11,413 nt of DNA from Candidatus Zixiibacteriota bacterium (GTDB taxonomy: Bacteria > Zixibacteria > MSB-5A5 > GN15 > FEB-12): assembly GCA_041742355.1 (NCBI GenBank), contig JBGSIV010000273.1, positions 1 to 11,413 on the forward strand, given 5' to 3'. The notes under the pieces were generated by a model. The model made no database searches. It worked only from the letters and a program-made list of their open reading frames with translations, and was not told where the DNA came from. A program made the translations under genes and the position numbers. Every line of letters starts with the position of its first letter. Position 1 is the first letter of the stretch. This document shows, piece after piece, positions 1 through 7,843 of the stretch.

Positions 1-237
1 TTTCGCCCCGAGGTACTTCATAACCGAGGCCTGGCTGACAAATACGGCGATCGCCCCAGCTATGAAGAACGCCGGTAACAGGCAGAGCACCACGTGTTCG
101 CGGGCATACCACTGCGTCAGCGCCAGCGCCTCGGTTAAGGCGTTCGTCGCGCGACCGCCGCTGACCGGGAGGAAGAAAAATCCCAGAAAGATCGCGACCA
201 TGGCCGCCAGTGCTTTCCACTCCCGTTTCCATTCCAT
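1..237 (-). CDS. DUF318/ArsP-like permease, N-terminal part (truncated by window start)
   Basis: Not in the ORF track; read manually. ATG at 237-235, preceded by AGGAG. Translation MEWKREWKALAAMVAIFLGFFFLPVSGGRATNALTEALALTQWYAREHVVLCLLPAFFIAGAIAVFVSQASVMKYLGAK is open to base 1. Hydrophobic helices and the 'YAREHVxLCLxPAFFIAGAI' segment are typical of permeases encoded next to ArsR genes. Confidence 0.85.
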   Translation of the reverse strand, partial: MEWKREWKALAAMVAIFLGFFFLPVSGGRATNALTEALALTQWYAREHVVLCLLPAFFIAGAIAVFVSQASVMKYLGAK

Positions 238-274
238 GCTGTCACTTCTCCTAAAGCCGACCGGTCCGATCCAT

Positions 275-298
275 ATATTTGGCGAAACGGCCAACTAT
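275..298. promoter_or_regulatory. Putative ArsR-family operator upstream of the permease
   Basis: ATAT-TTGGC-gaaacg-GCCAA-CTAT imperfect palindrome. The same TATTTGGC-N6-GCCAAC core occurs, in the opposite orientation, at 660-679. Confidence 0.65.
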
Positions 299-312
299 TG
301 CTGCAAAAAAAA

Positions 313-630
313 CTACGGCTTCACTGCGACCCGGCGCTCATTTGCCCGGAGCACGTCTTCCACACATCCGAAGAACTTCAGAATGCACGGTACTCGCAGC
401 CGGTACCATACCTGCAACCCCCGCTTGTCGTCGTCGACCAGCCCGGCCCCTTTCAGAACCGACAGGTGCTTCGAGACGGTCGAAATGTCCGCGCCGATCA
501 TGTCGCGCAGTTCGCAGACGCAGCGCTCACCACGAGATAGTTCGTCGACAATGAACAGCCGCGTGGGGTGACCCAGCGCTTTGATTACCCGGGCACGTTC
601 CCGGTATCGGTCCTTTGTCTTTTCATCCAC
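313..630 (-). CDS. ArsR/SmtB family metalloregulatory transcriptional repressor
   Basis: 105 aa with a GTG start and AAGG upstream. KALGHPTRLFI, ERCVCEL (alpha3 Cys box), STVSKHLSVLKGAGLV (HTH) and KRGLQVWYRL (wing) are classic ArsR motifs. Confidence 0.95.
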   Translation of the reverse strand: MDEKTKDRYRERARVIKALGHPTRLFIVDELSRGERCVCELRDMIGADISTVSKHLSVLKGAGLVDDDKRGLQVWYRLRVPCILKFFGCVEDVLRANERRVAVKP

Positions 631-659
631 GGTCGTTTATACACCTTTGTCGGCAGTTG

Positions 660-679
660 GTTGGCAGAATAGCCAAATA
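660..679. promoter_or_regulatory. Putative ArsR autoregulatory operator overlapping the arsR -10 box
   Basis: GTTGGC-agaata-GCCAAATA is the second copy of the palindrome. Its 6-nt centre is the predicted -10 hexamer. Confidence 0.7.
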
Positions 680-694
680 GTCTTGAATAGGCAA
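666..694 (-). promoter_or_regulatory. Putative sigma70 promoter of arsR
   Basis: Minus strand TTGCCT (694-689), 17-nt spacer, TATTCT (671-666), about 35 nt upstream of the GTG start. Confidence 0.6.
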
Positions 695-703
695 GCAGAT
701 TTC

Positions 704-773
704 TCCGACGGATCTTCGGTGCTGCCGGCACTTAGCTTCTTCTCAACCTTGGGGCAGGACCGAATCCGTCGGA
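704..773. repeat. Long imperfect inverted repeat / stem-loop
   Basis: TCCGACGGATcTTCGGTgCTGCC (704-726) pairs with GGCAGgACCGAATCCGTCGGA (753-773): about 20 bp with one 2-nt bulge and one mismatch, around a 26-nt loop. Confidence 0.7.
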
Positions 774-791
774 TCCTGAAGCCCCGGGAAT

Positions 792-812
792 ACTGCACTT
801 TTCAGTGCAGTT
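792..812. promoter_or_regulatory. Perfect 8-bp palindrome, possible transcription-factor site
   Basis: ACTGCACT-ttttc-AGTGCAGT in the divergent arsR/hemA intergenic region. Confidence 0.45.
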
Positions 813-835
813 AATAGACGAAGAAATCCTACTTG

Positions 836-853
836 TTGTACCTTTTTTCACAA
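836..853. promoter_or_regulatory. Candidate Rex-like operator upstream of hemA
   Basis: TTGTacc-TTTT-TTCACAA versus the Rex consensus TTGTGAA-N4-TTCACAA. Right half perfect, left half 4/7, spacing correct, AT-rich centre. Confidence 0.4.
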
Positions 854-950
854 GTATGACGTTTTGGTGACAAACCGTTTCCCGAACCGCCTACATTCTC
901 CGCTAATTGACAGTGACTGGAAGCCCCAAGAAACAGGTTTCAGGCTCAAG

Positions 951-2222
951 ATGGAAATCGGCATAATCGGCACCTCGATCTGGCAGCAGAACATGCGGCT
1001 TTTGGAGAAGTTGACTCTGGACCGTGAAGGGAAGCTCGATCGGTTGGTACAACTTAAAGCCGTTCTTGGTGTTGACGAGCTCATCTACCTTTCGACCTGT
1101 AACCGGGTCGAGTTCATGTTCACGATCTCCAACGGCCATTCCACGGCTCGCGTCCTGCACCGCCTGATCGACTTCTTCTTCGCTGGCGGAAGGGACATCT
1201 CTTTCTTTCCCAACGACTTTTACCAGTATACCGGCCGCGATGCGGTCCGTCACTTGTTTCGAACAGTCTCCTCGCTCGAATCCCTCGTGGTCGGCGAGAC
1301 CCAGATTACTGGCCAGGTCAAAGAAGCCGCCCGGGAAGCGGCCGATGCCGGCCTGATGGGAACGGCCCTGGATACGTTGATTAAGGAAGCCCTTGCGGTG
1401 GCCAAGCGGGTCCGCACCGAGACGGGCCTGGGTGAAGGATCTGTCTCCATGGCTTCGCTGGCTTACGAAGAGATCGAACGGGCCTTCTGCGGTCGCACCG
1501 ATGTCCCGACGGTCGCCTTGATCGGCGCCGGCCCGATGTCGTCCAAGATGGCCCGCTATATCGCCAAAACCAAACTGGCGAATCTCCTGTTTGTCAATCG
1601 CACGGTCGAAAAAGCACAGAAGCTGGCCGACGAATTCGGCGGTGCTGCGATGCCCCTGGCGCAGTTTAAAGATGAAGCACCGCGTGTCGACGCGATTGTC
1701 TCCGCCACTGCCTGCTCCCACTTTGTCTTCACCGGCGAATACCTCGAGAAGATCGACTCCGCCGCCGCTCCGATCATCTGTATCGATCTGGCGATTCCGC
1801 AGGATTTCTCTCCGGAGTTCGGTCGCGACGGCCGGGTGACCCTGATCGACATTCCCGCGCTAAAAGATAGAGAACAGACCAATCTCCGCCGCAAATTCAC
1901 CGAGTCCAGCCGCGCCAGCGAGATCGTCAGCGAGGCCGTGCAGGCGTTCCTGCGCAGCCGGCTGGAGATCTCCATGAAGCCGATTCTCCGCGACAGCTAC
2001 GAGCAGTCGCTCTCCCTGGCCAACCGCGCCCTCGATGACCTGTTCGAAAAGAAGCTCGCCGGCCTCCCCGAGGAGCAGAAAGAGCACGTCCGCAGTCTGG
2101 TTATCAAGCTGATCGGGCACTCCTCGTTTCAGCCGGCACGAATCCTCTCCGGTCACCTTGTGGACTTGCAGGATCAGCTTCTCCTAGATATCTTTGGAGA
2201 AACTCGTAAGGAAGCGGTTTGA
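951..2222 (+). CDS. hemA: Glutamyl-tRNA reductase
   Basis: STCNRVE catalytic motif, HLFR, GETQITGQVK, IGAG Rossmann fold, NRT, DLAIP. ATG 951 (MEIGIIG..., 423 aa) is preferred over the track's TTG at 864 because it matches the usual GluTR N-terminus. Confidence 0.96.
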   Translation: MEIGIIGTSIWQQNMRLLEKLTLDREGKLDRLVQLKAVLGVDELIYLSTCNRVEFMFTISNGHSTARVLHRLIDFFFAGGRDISFFPNDFYQYTGRDAVRHLFRTVSSLESLVVGETQITGQVKEAAREAADAGLMGTALDTLIKEALAVAKRVRTETGLGEGSVSMASLAYEEIERAFCGRTDVPTVALIGAGPMSSKMARYIAKTKLANLLFVNRTVEKAQKLADEFGGAAMPLAQFKDEAPRVDAIVSATACSHFVFTGEYLEKIDSAAAPIICIDLAIPQDFSPEFGRDGRVTLIDIPALKDREQTNLRRKFTESSRASEIVSEAVQAFLRSRLEISMKPILRDSYEQSLSLANRALDDLFEKKLAGLPEEQKEHVRSLVIKLIGHSSFQPARILSGHLVDLQDQLLLDIFGETRKEAV

Positions 2223-3136
2223 CCCCGATACAGCCTCTTGTTATTGGAACGCGCGGATCGGACCTGGCTCTGTGGCAGGCTCGATTCATAGCGGATGTGC
2301 TCCTGCGTGAGCACGAACAGCCGGTCGAGATCAAGATCATCAAGACCGCCGGCGATAAAATTCAGCACCTCTCGTTCGACAAGATGGAGGGCAAGGGCTT
2401 TTTCACGAAGGAAATCGAGGATGCCCTGCTCGCCCGTGAGGTCGACCTCGCGGTGCATTCCCTCAAAGATCTCATGACCACACAGCCTGAGGGGCTCAAG
2501 CTCGGCGCTGTCGGCTATCGCGCCGACCGTCGCGAGTTGCTCCTTGTGCGGCCCGATGCCTTCACCGGCGAGGGGGTGCTCCCGATCAAGGCGGATGCCA
2601 CCATCGGCACCAGTTCGGCCCGGCGCAAGTGCCAGATCGCCCATTTCCTCCCGACGGCAAGGATTACCGACCTGCGGGGCAATGTCCCGACGCGCATCAA
2701 TAAGCTGCGCGAGGGGGAGTACGATGCGATCCTCATCGCCCGAGCCGGTGTCCAGCGCCTCGAACTCGACCTGTCGGACCTGCGTGCGATCGCACTGGAT
2801 CCGGAGCAGTTCCTCCCCGCTCCCGCGCAGGGTATCCTCGGCATACAGATTCGCGAAGATGATCCGCGCGTCGAAACGGTCGTCAGCCGCCTCGGCTCCG
2901 TCGAGCTGATGGCGATCGCCACCGTCGAACGCGGCCTGCTCCAGCGATTCGGGCTAGGCTGTTCCCTCCCCCTGGGCGTATACTCCAAACAGGATGGATC
3001 GGACATCCGCCTCGTGGCCGTGCTCGGCATACAGGAAAACGAGCGCTGGACCGGCCTGCGCCGCGCCGATGTCAGCGGCCCGATTGGCGAACCGAACAAG
3101 ATTATCGATCAGGCCTTTGCGCAGTTACAGGACTGA
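2219..3136 (+). CDS. hemC: Hydroxymethylbilane synthase (porphobilinogen deaminase)
   Basis: IGTRGSDLALWQA, GKGFFTKEIE, AVHSLKD, GTSSARR, LRGNVPTR, PAPAQG, GCSLPLG (cofactor Cys). The TTG start overlaps the hemA stop (TTGA). Confidence 0.98.
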   Translation: MTPIQPLVIGTRGSDLALWQARFIADVLLREHEQPVEIKIIKTAGDKIQHLSFDKMEGKGFFTKEIEDALLAREVDLAVHSLKDLMTTQPEGLKLGAVGYRADRRELLLVRPDAFTGEGVLPIKADATIGTSSARRKCQIAHFLPTARITDLRGNVPTRINKLREGEYDAILIARAGVQRLELDLSDLRAIALDPEQFLPAPAQGILGIQIREDDPRVETVVSRLGSVELMAIATVERGLLQRFGLGCSLPLGVYSKQDGSDIRLVAVLGIQENERWTGLRRADVSGPIGEPNKIIDQAFAQLQD

Positions 3137-3156
3137 GTCTCATCAAGAAGATTTCA

Positions 3157-4482
3157 ATGGCAGGTGAAAAGGATATGACCAGCAAAGCCGGCCGTACCGA
3201 GAATTCCCGCCGCATAATGGATCTCGCCACGCGCGTCATCCCCGGCGGCGTCAACTCCCCGGTGCGGGCATTCAAATCAGTCGGTGGCATCCCCCGCGTT
3301 ATCGCCCGAGGCGAAGGCGCCTATATATGGGATGTCGACGGCAACCAGTACCTCGATTTCGGCGGCTCCTGGGGGCCGCTCATTCTCGGCCACGCCGACC
3401 CGGATGTCGTCAACGCCATCATCGAACAGGTCCGCCTTGGCACGACCTACGGCACTGCGACCGAGGTAGAATACAAGCTCGCCGATTTCATCGTCAGCCG
3501 CATCGACGCAGTAGAGAAGATCCGCTTCGTCTCCTCGGGCACCGAGGCCGTGATGTCGGCCATTCGGGTCGCCCGCGGCTACACGAAGCGCGACCTCATC
3601 CTGAAATTCGAGGGGTGCTACCACGGCCACTCCGACCACCTGCTGGTGCAGGCCGGCTCCGGCCTGGCCACGTTCGGTACCCCGTCGTCAGCCGGCGTTC
3701 CCGATGCGATCACCAGCCAGACCGCCGTCCTGCCGCTCGACGACGAGGAGGCGCTCGAGCGCTTCTTCCGCGCGAACGGCGACCGTCTCGCCGCTGTCAT
3801 CATCGAAGGCATCCCGGCCAATAACGGCCTGTTGATTCAGCGTCACGAGTACATGCGCCTCCTGCGGGCTCTCACCGAGAAACACGGCGCGCTGTTGATC
3901 CTCGACGAGGTCATTACGGGCTTCCGGCTCGGCATGGGTGGCGCCGCGCAGTACTATAGTATTCGGCCCGATCTCATCACCTACGGCAAGGTGATCGGCG
4001 GCGGCATGCCGGTCGGCGCGTTCGGCGGGCGGGCGGACATTATGAATATGCTCTCCCCCGATGGCCCGGTGTATCAGGCCGGAACGCTCTCGGGCAATCC
4101 GGTCGCGATGACCGCCGGTCTTACCACCCTGCAGAAACTGGCCGACGGCCGCATTCACGCCGATCTCGAGAGCAAGAATCGCCGCTTTGTGAGCAAGATC
4201 ACCGACCGGGTCCGCGATGCCCGGGTCAACGTCGTGGGTGTCGCCTCCATTTACTGGATCATCTTCCAGGAAAACATCCCGCGTACGAGCAAGGCGATCG
4301 ACTCCGACGGTATCGCCCATTATAACCGGTTCCACGGCAAGGTTCTCGACGCCGGTATCTATCTGCCGCCGTCGGGCTACGAAGTCTGTTTCATCAGCGC
4401 GGCCCACACCGACGCTATGCTGGACGAAGCCGCCAACACTCTCTCCGATGTCATCAAGGAGGAAGCGCACACGTGGGCGTAG
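3157..4482 (+). CDS. hemL: Glutamate-1-semialdehyde 2,1-aminomutase
   Basis: IPGGVNSPVRAF, SGTEAVMSAIR, FEGCYHGHSD, DEVITGFR, GKVIGGGMPVGA (PLP Lys), YQAGTLSGNP. An alternative ATG start lies at 3175. Confidence 0.98.
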   Translation: MAGEKDMTSKAGRTENSRRIMDLATRVIPGGVNSPVRAFKSVGGIPRVIARGEGAYIWDVDGNQYLDFGGSWGPLILGHADPDVVNAIIEQVRLGTTYGTATEVEYKLADFIVSRIDAVEKIRFVSSGTEAVMSAIRVARGYTKRDLILKFEGCYHGHSDHLLVQAGSGLATFGTPSSAGVPDAITSQTAVLPLDDEEALERFFRANGDRLAAVIIEGIPANNGLLIQRHEYMRLLRALTEKHGALLILDEVITGFRLGMGGAAQYYSIRPDLITYGKVIGGGMPVGAFGGRADIMNMLSPDGPVYQAGTLSGNPVAMTAGLTTLQKLADGRIHADLESKNRRFVSKITDRVRDARVNVVGVASIYWIIFQENIPRTSKAIDSDGIAHYNRFHGKVLDAGIYLPPSGYEVCFISAAHTDAMLDEAANTLSDVIKEEAHTWA

Positions 4483-5495
4483 AAAATTCCGGCTTCATCA
4501 GGGCATGCTATGGCCGCAACGACGGACACATTCCGATCTGGATCATGCGCCAGGCCGGCCGCTATCTTCCTGATTACCTTGCGGTGCGTCGGCAAGTCAC
4601 GTTCGAGCAACTCTGCCGCAGCCCGAAGCTCATCGCCGAGGTGGTGCGCCAGCCGGTGCATAAGTTCGGGCTCGACGCCGCGATTCTGTTTTCGGACATT
4701 CTGATAATTCTCGATGCGATGGGGGCGACGGTCTCATTCAAGGAGGGCGGCCCCGAACTGGCGAAAGCAATAACAACGCCCGACGATGTGAGCCGTCTCT
4801 GTGATTTCGATGTCCGGACCGAGCTGCCGTTTGTCTACGACGGGATTCGAGAGATCAAGCAGGTGCTCCCGGATACACCGCTGATCGGATTCGCCGGATC
4901 GCCGTTCACCATCGCCTGTTATCTGGTGGAGGGGAAAGGCTCCAAGAATTTCGAAACGGTCAAGCAGTTTGTCCACCAGTACCCGGCCGCGGCCGACAAG
5001 ATGATGTCGCTGGTTACGGACGTCACGGTGCGCTACCTCGACGCCCAGATTGCCGCCGGGTGCGACGCGATCCAGCTTTTCGACAGCTGGGGCGGCATTC
5101 TCTCGCGTGACGACTACCGCGACTGGTCGCTGCGCTGGACAAAAGAGATCTTTGCGAAATTGAAGAGCCGCGGGGTACCCCGAATCCTTTTTGTGAACAA
5201 CCTCGCCCCGTACATCGATATGGTCGGCGAGCTCGATTGCGAAGTAGTCGGGGTCGATTATCGCATGGATCTGCGTGCTGCCGCCGATGCCCTGCCCGGC
5301 AAAGCGGTACAGGGGAACCTCGAACCGTCGGTCCTTTTTGGCCCGACCGAGAAGTTGGTCGACACCACCCGCCGCATTCTCGACAGCCTCGACAACCACA
5401 ACCGTCTGATCTTCAACCTCGGCCACGGGATCCGTCCGGCGACCCCCATCGATGCAGTCGAAACCCTGGTGAAAACCGTACACGAGTACAGGTGA
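4473..5495 (+). CDS. hemE: Uroporphyrinogen decarboxylase
   Basis: PIWIMRQAGRYLP, DAAILFSDIL, GFAGSPFT, QLFDSWGG, QGNLEP, IFNLGHGI. The GTG start overlaps the end of hemL and follows AAGGAGG. Confidence 0.98.
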   Translation: MGVENSGFIRACYGRNDGHIPIWIMRQAGRYLPDYLAVRRQVTFEQLCRSPKLIAEVVRQPVHKFGLDAAILFSDILIILDAMGATVSFKEGGPELAKAITTPDDVSRLCDFDVRTELPFVYDGIREIKQVLPDTPLIGFAGSPFTIACYLVEGKGSKNFETVKQFVHQYPAAADKMMSLVTDVTVRYLDAQIAAGCDAIQLFDSWGGILSRDDYRDWSLRWTKEIFAKLKSRGVPRILFVNNLAPYIDMVGELDCEVVGVDYRMDLRAAADALPGKAVQGNLEPSVLFGPTEKLVDTTRRILDSLDNHNRLIFNLGHGIRPATPIDAVETLVKTVHEYR

Positions 5496-5499
5496 TCAC

Positions 5500-6900
5500 G
5501 TGACCAAAGCCGCCCACAGCGCCACGCAGATTCCAATCGAGCTGCTCCGCAAGTACGATCGTCCCGGCCCGCGGTACACAAGTTACCCGACCGCGCCGGA
5601 GTGGTCCGACAGTGTCGGGCCGTCGGCCTATACGGATGCCCTGAGTGCCGCCGCAGCAGCCACCGGCACCCCGCTGTCCCTCTACTGCCACATACCCTTC
5701 TGCCGGAAGCGGTGCTTCTACTGCGGCTGCAACACCTGCATCCTCAATCAGCGCGATGCCGTGGATCGGTATGTCCGGACTCTCCGCCATGAGATCGCCC
5801 ACATCGCCCGGTACCTTGGCGATCGACGCAGTGTGAACCAGTTGCACTTCGGCGGCGGCACGCCGACCTACCTGACGGTGGAGGAGTTCGGCTTTATCCT
5901 CGATGCACTCGATGCCACCTACACGTACACCGAAGACTGTGAAAAGTCAATCGAGATCGATCCCCGCGTCACGACCCTGGAGCAGTTTGAGTTCCTCGCC
6001 GCGCGCGGCTTCAACCGCGTTTCACTTGGCGTGCAGGATTTCAACGAGGCTGTCCAGGAGGCAGTGGGCCGCGTTCAGCCATACGAGCTGGTGACGAGTG
6101 TTGTCGAGCAGTGCCGCAGTCTGAATTTCAGGGGCTTGAACGTCGATTTGATCTACGGCCTGCCCAAGCAGTCGGTCGATTCATTCGCGGAGACCATTCG
6201 GCAGGCCCTCACGCTGAGCCCCGACCGGGTGGCGATGTACAGCTTTGCGTACCTCCCGCAGCGCATGGCCAACCAGCGCAAGATCAACCCCGAAGATCTG
6301 CCGAACACCGAGATCAAGTACCGTCTCTTCGCCACGGCGGTCGAGATGTTCACCGGTGCGGGTTACCGGCAGATCGGGATGGATCACTTTGCGCTTCCCG
6401 ACGATGAACTGGCCAAGGCGCAGGCCCACGGGCGGCTGCACCGCAATTTCATGGGCTACACGGTCAAGACCTCGCCCGACATGATCGGCCTGGGGATGTC
6501 CTCGATCGGCTACATCAACGACAGCTTCTTCCAAAACCACAGCGAGCTTTCGGCCTACCACAGCGCCATGGACGAACACGGGCTGGCCGTCTACCGCGGG
6601 ATGATACTCACTCCCGACGACCTGATCCGGCAGTATGTCATCAGCTCGCTCATGTGCAATTTCCGCCTCGAGTTCGATGCTCTCCGGCAGAAGTTCGGCG
6701 TGATCTATGAGGACTATCTGGCACGGGAACATGCCCGGCTCGATGAGTTCATCGGCGACGGCCTCATCATTGCCACCGACCAGGAACTGACGGTCACGCC
6801 GGTTGGCCGGACCTTCGTGCGTAATATTGCGATGACCTTTGACGCCTATCTGGACAAGGACGGCCCCGGCAAGAAGCCGCAATTTTCCCGGACTATCTGA
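5500..6900 (+). CDS. hemN: Oxygen-independent coproporphyrinogen III dehydrogenase (radical SAM, CgdH)
   Basis: N-terminal GPRYTSYPTA (true HemN rather than HemW), HIPFCRKRCFYCGC (CxxxCxxCxC), GGGTPT, GMDHFA, HRNFMGY, C-terminal FSRTI; 466 aa. Confidence 0.97.
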   Translation: MTKAAHSATQIPIELLRKYDRPGPRYTSYPTAPEWSDSVGPSAYTDALSAAAAATGTPLSLYCHIPFCRKRCFYCGCNTCILNQRDAVDRYVRTLRHEIAHIARYLGDRRSVNQLHFGGGTPTYLTVEEFGFILDALDATYTYTEDCEKSIEIDPRVTTLEQFEFLAARGFNRVSLGVQDFNEAVQEAVGRVQPYELVTSVVEQCRSLNFRGLNVDLIYGLPKQSVDSFAETIRQALTLSPDRVAMYSFAYLPQRMANQRKINPEDLPNTEIKYRLFATAVEMFTGAGYRQIGMDHFALPDDELAKAQAHGRLHRNFMGYTVKTSPDMIGLGMSSIGYINDSFFQNHSELSAYHSAMDEHGLAVYRGMILTPDDLIRQYVISSLMCNFRLEFDALRQKFGVIYEDYLAREHARLDEFIGDGLIIATDQELTVTPVGRTFVRNIAMTFDAYLDKDGPGKKPQFSRTI

Positions 6901-6901
6901 G

Positions 6902-7843
6902 ATGATAACATCCAGTGCAACAACCGGCGTCATCCTGCTGGCGATGGGCGGCCCTGAAACCATCGCCGATGTACCGGAGTACCTGTATAACATCTTCTCA
7001 GACCGGAACATCATCCGCCTTCCCGGAGGTCCCCTGCTGCAGAAGCCATTCGCCCGCATGATTTCGAAACGTCGCTCCGAGAAGGTCAAACAGCACTACA
7101 ATTTGATCGGTGGCGGCTCCCCGCTGCGCAGGTGGACCGAGGCCCAGCGCGATCACCTCGCGCCGCTCCTGTCCACCGACTCCGACCCGGTTCGCTGTTA
7201 TGTAGCGATGCGGTACATCCGGCCGATGGTCGACAGCGTCATCGGCGAAGCATACGCTGATGGCTGCCGCACCCTGTATTTCCTGCCGATGTACCCGCAG
7301 TACTGCCGCGCCACGACTGGCTCGTCGTTCGCCGAGGCTCGCACGGCGCTGAAGCGCTACCCCGATGTCGAAGCAGTTTTCATCGACGATTTCCACGACA
7401 ACGCCGAGTACATCTCGCTGCTCCGGGAGTACATCGGCAACAACATCACCCCCGATGAAACCCTGCTCTTCTCCGCCCACTCGATCCCGCAGTCGTTTGT
7501 CGACGGCGGTGATCCGTATGTGGACCAGGTGAAGAAGACCGCGACGTTTGCCGCTGCAAGCCGGGAGTTTTTCCTGTCGTTCCAGAGCCGGAGCGGTCCG
7601 GTGAAGTGGGTGGGGCCGGATACAATCGCCGAAGTCAAGCGCCTGCTCGAACTCGGGAAGCGCCTGTTCGTGGTGCCGATCAGTTTCGTGTGTGATCACA
7701 TCGAAACGCTCTACGAGATCGACATCGAGTTGAAGGAACTGACCGGCGCCGGACACCGTCTGCGCCGCATGCCGATGTTCAACGACGATCCCCGGTTCGC
7801 GAAAGCGCTGGCCGGCCTGATCAACGCGAGGTGGCATGAGTAG
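6902..7843 (+). CDS. hemH: Ferrochelatase (protoporphyrin-type likely)
   Basis: LLAMGGP, GGGSPL, AMRY, PMYPQY, FSAHSIP, GDPY, FQSRSGPVKW, PISFVCDHIETLYEID. ATG 6902, 1 nt after the hemN stop, is preferred over TTG 6839 inside hemN. Confidence 0.97.
   Translation: MITSSATTGVILLAMGGPETIADVPEYLYNIFSDRNIIRLPGGPLLQKPFARMISKRRSEKVKQHYNLIGGGSPLRRWTEAQRDHLAPLLSTDSDPVRCYVAMRYIRPMVDSVIGEAYADGCRTLYFLPMYPQYCRATTGSSFAEARTALKRYPDVEAVFIDDFHDNAEYISLLREYIGNNITPDETLLFSAHSIPQSFVDGGDPYVDQVKKTATFAAASREFFLSFQSRSGPVKWVGPDTIAEVKRLLELGKRLFVVPISFVCDHIETLYEIDIELKELTGAGHRLRRMPMFNDDPRFAKALAGLINARWHE

Noticed and set aside
62..571. 169-aa plus-strand ORF and the nested small ORFs at 279-554 and 298-540
   Set aside because: Antisense to the well-supported arsR and permease genes; no recognisable motifs.
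581..814. 77-aa plus-strand ORF across the intergenic region
   Set aside because: TTG start inside antisense arsR, no RBS, and it overlaps promoter, operator and hairpin elements.
907..935. Perfect TTGACA upstream of hemA as a -35 box
   Set aside because: No acceptable -10 hexamer at 16-18 nt spacing, so the hemA promoter was not called.
864..950. 29-aa N-terminal extension of HemA from TTG 864
   Set aside because: No RBS and no similarity to GluTR; family-like sequence begins at ATG 951.
5500..6900. Radical SAM gene as HemW chaperone or RiPP maturase
   Set aside because: It has the HemN-specific PRYTSYP N-terminus, the extra Cys after the CxxxCxxC motif and RNFMGY, and sits between hemE and hemH.
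6839..6901. Upstream extension of HemH overlapping hemN
   Set aside because: ATG 6902 directly after the hemN stop gives a normal ferrochelatase N-terminus.
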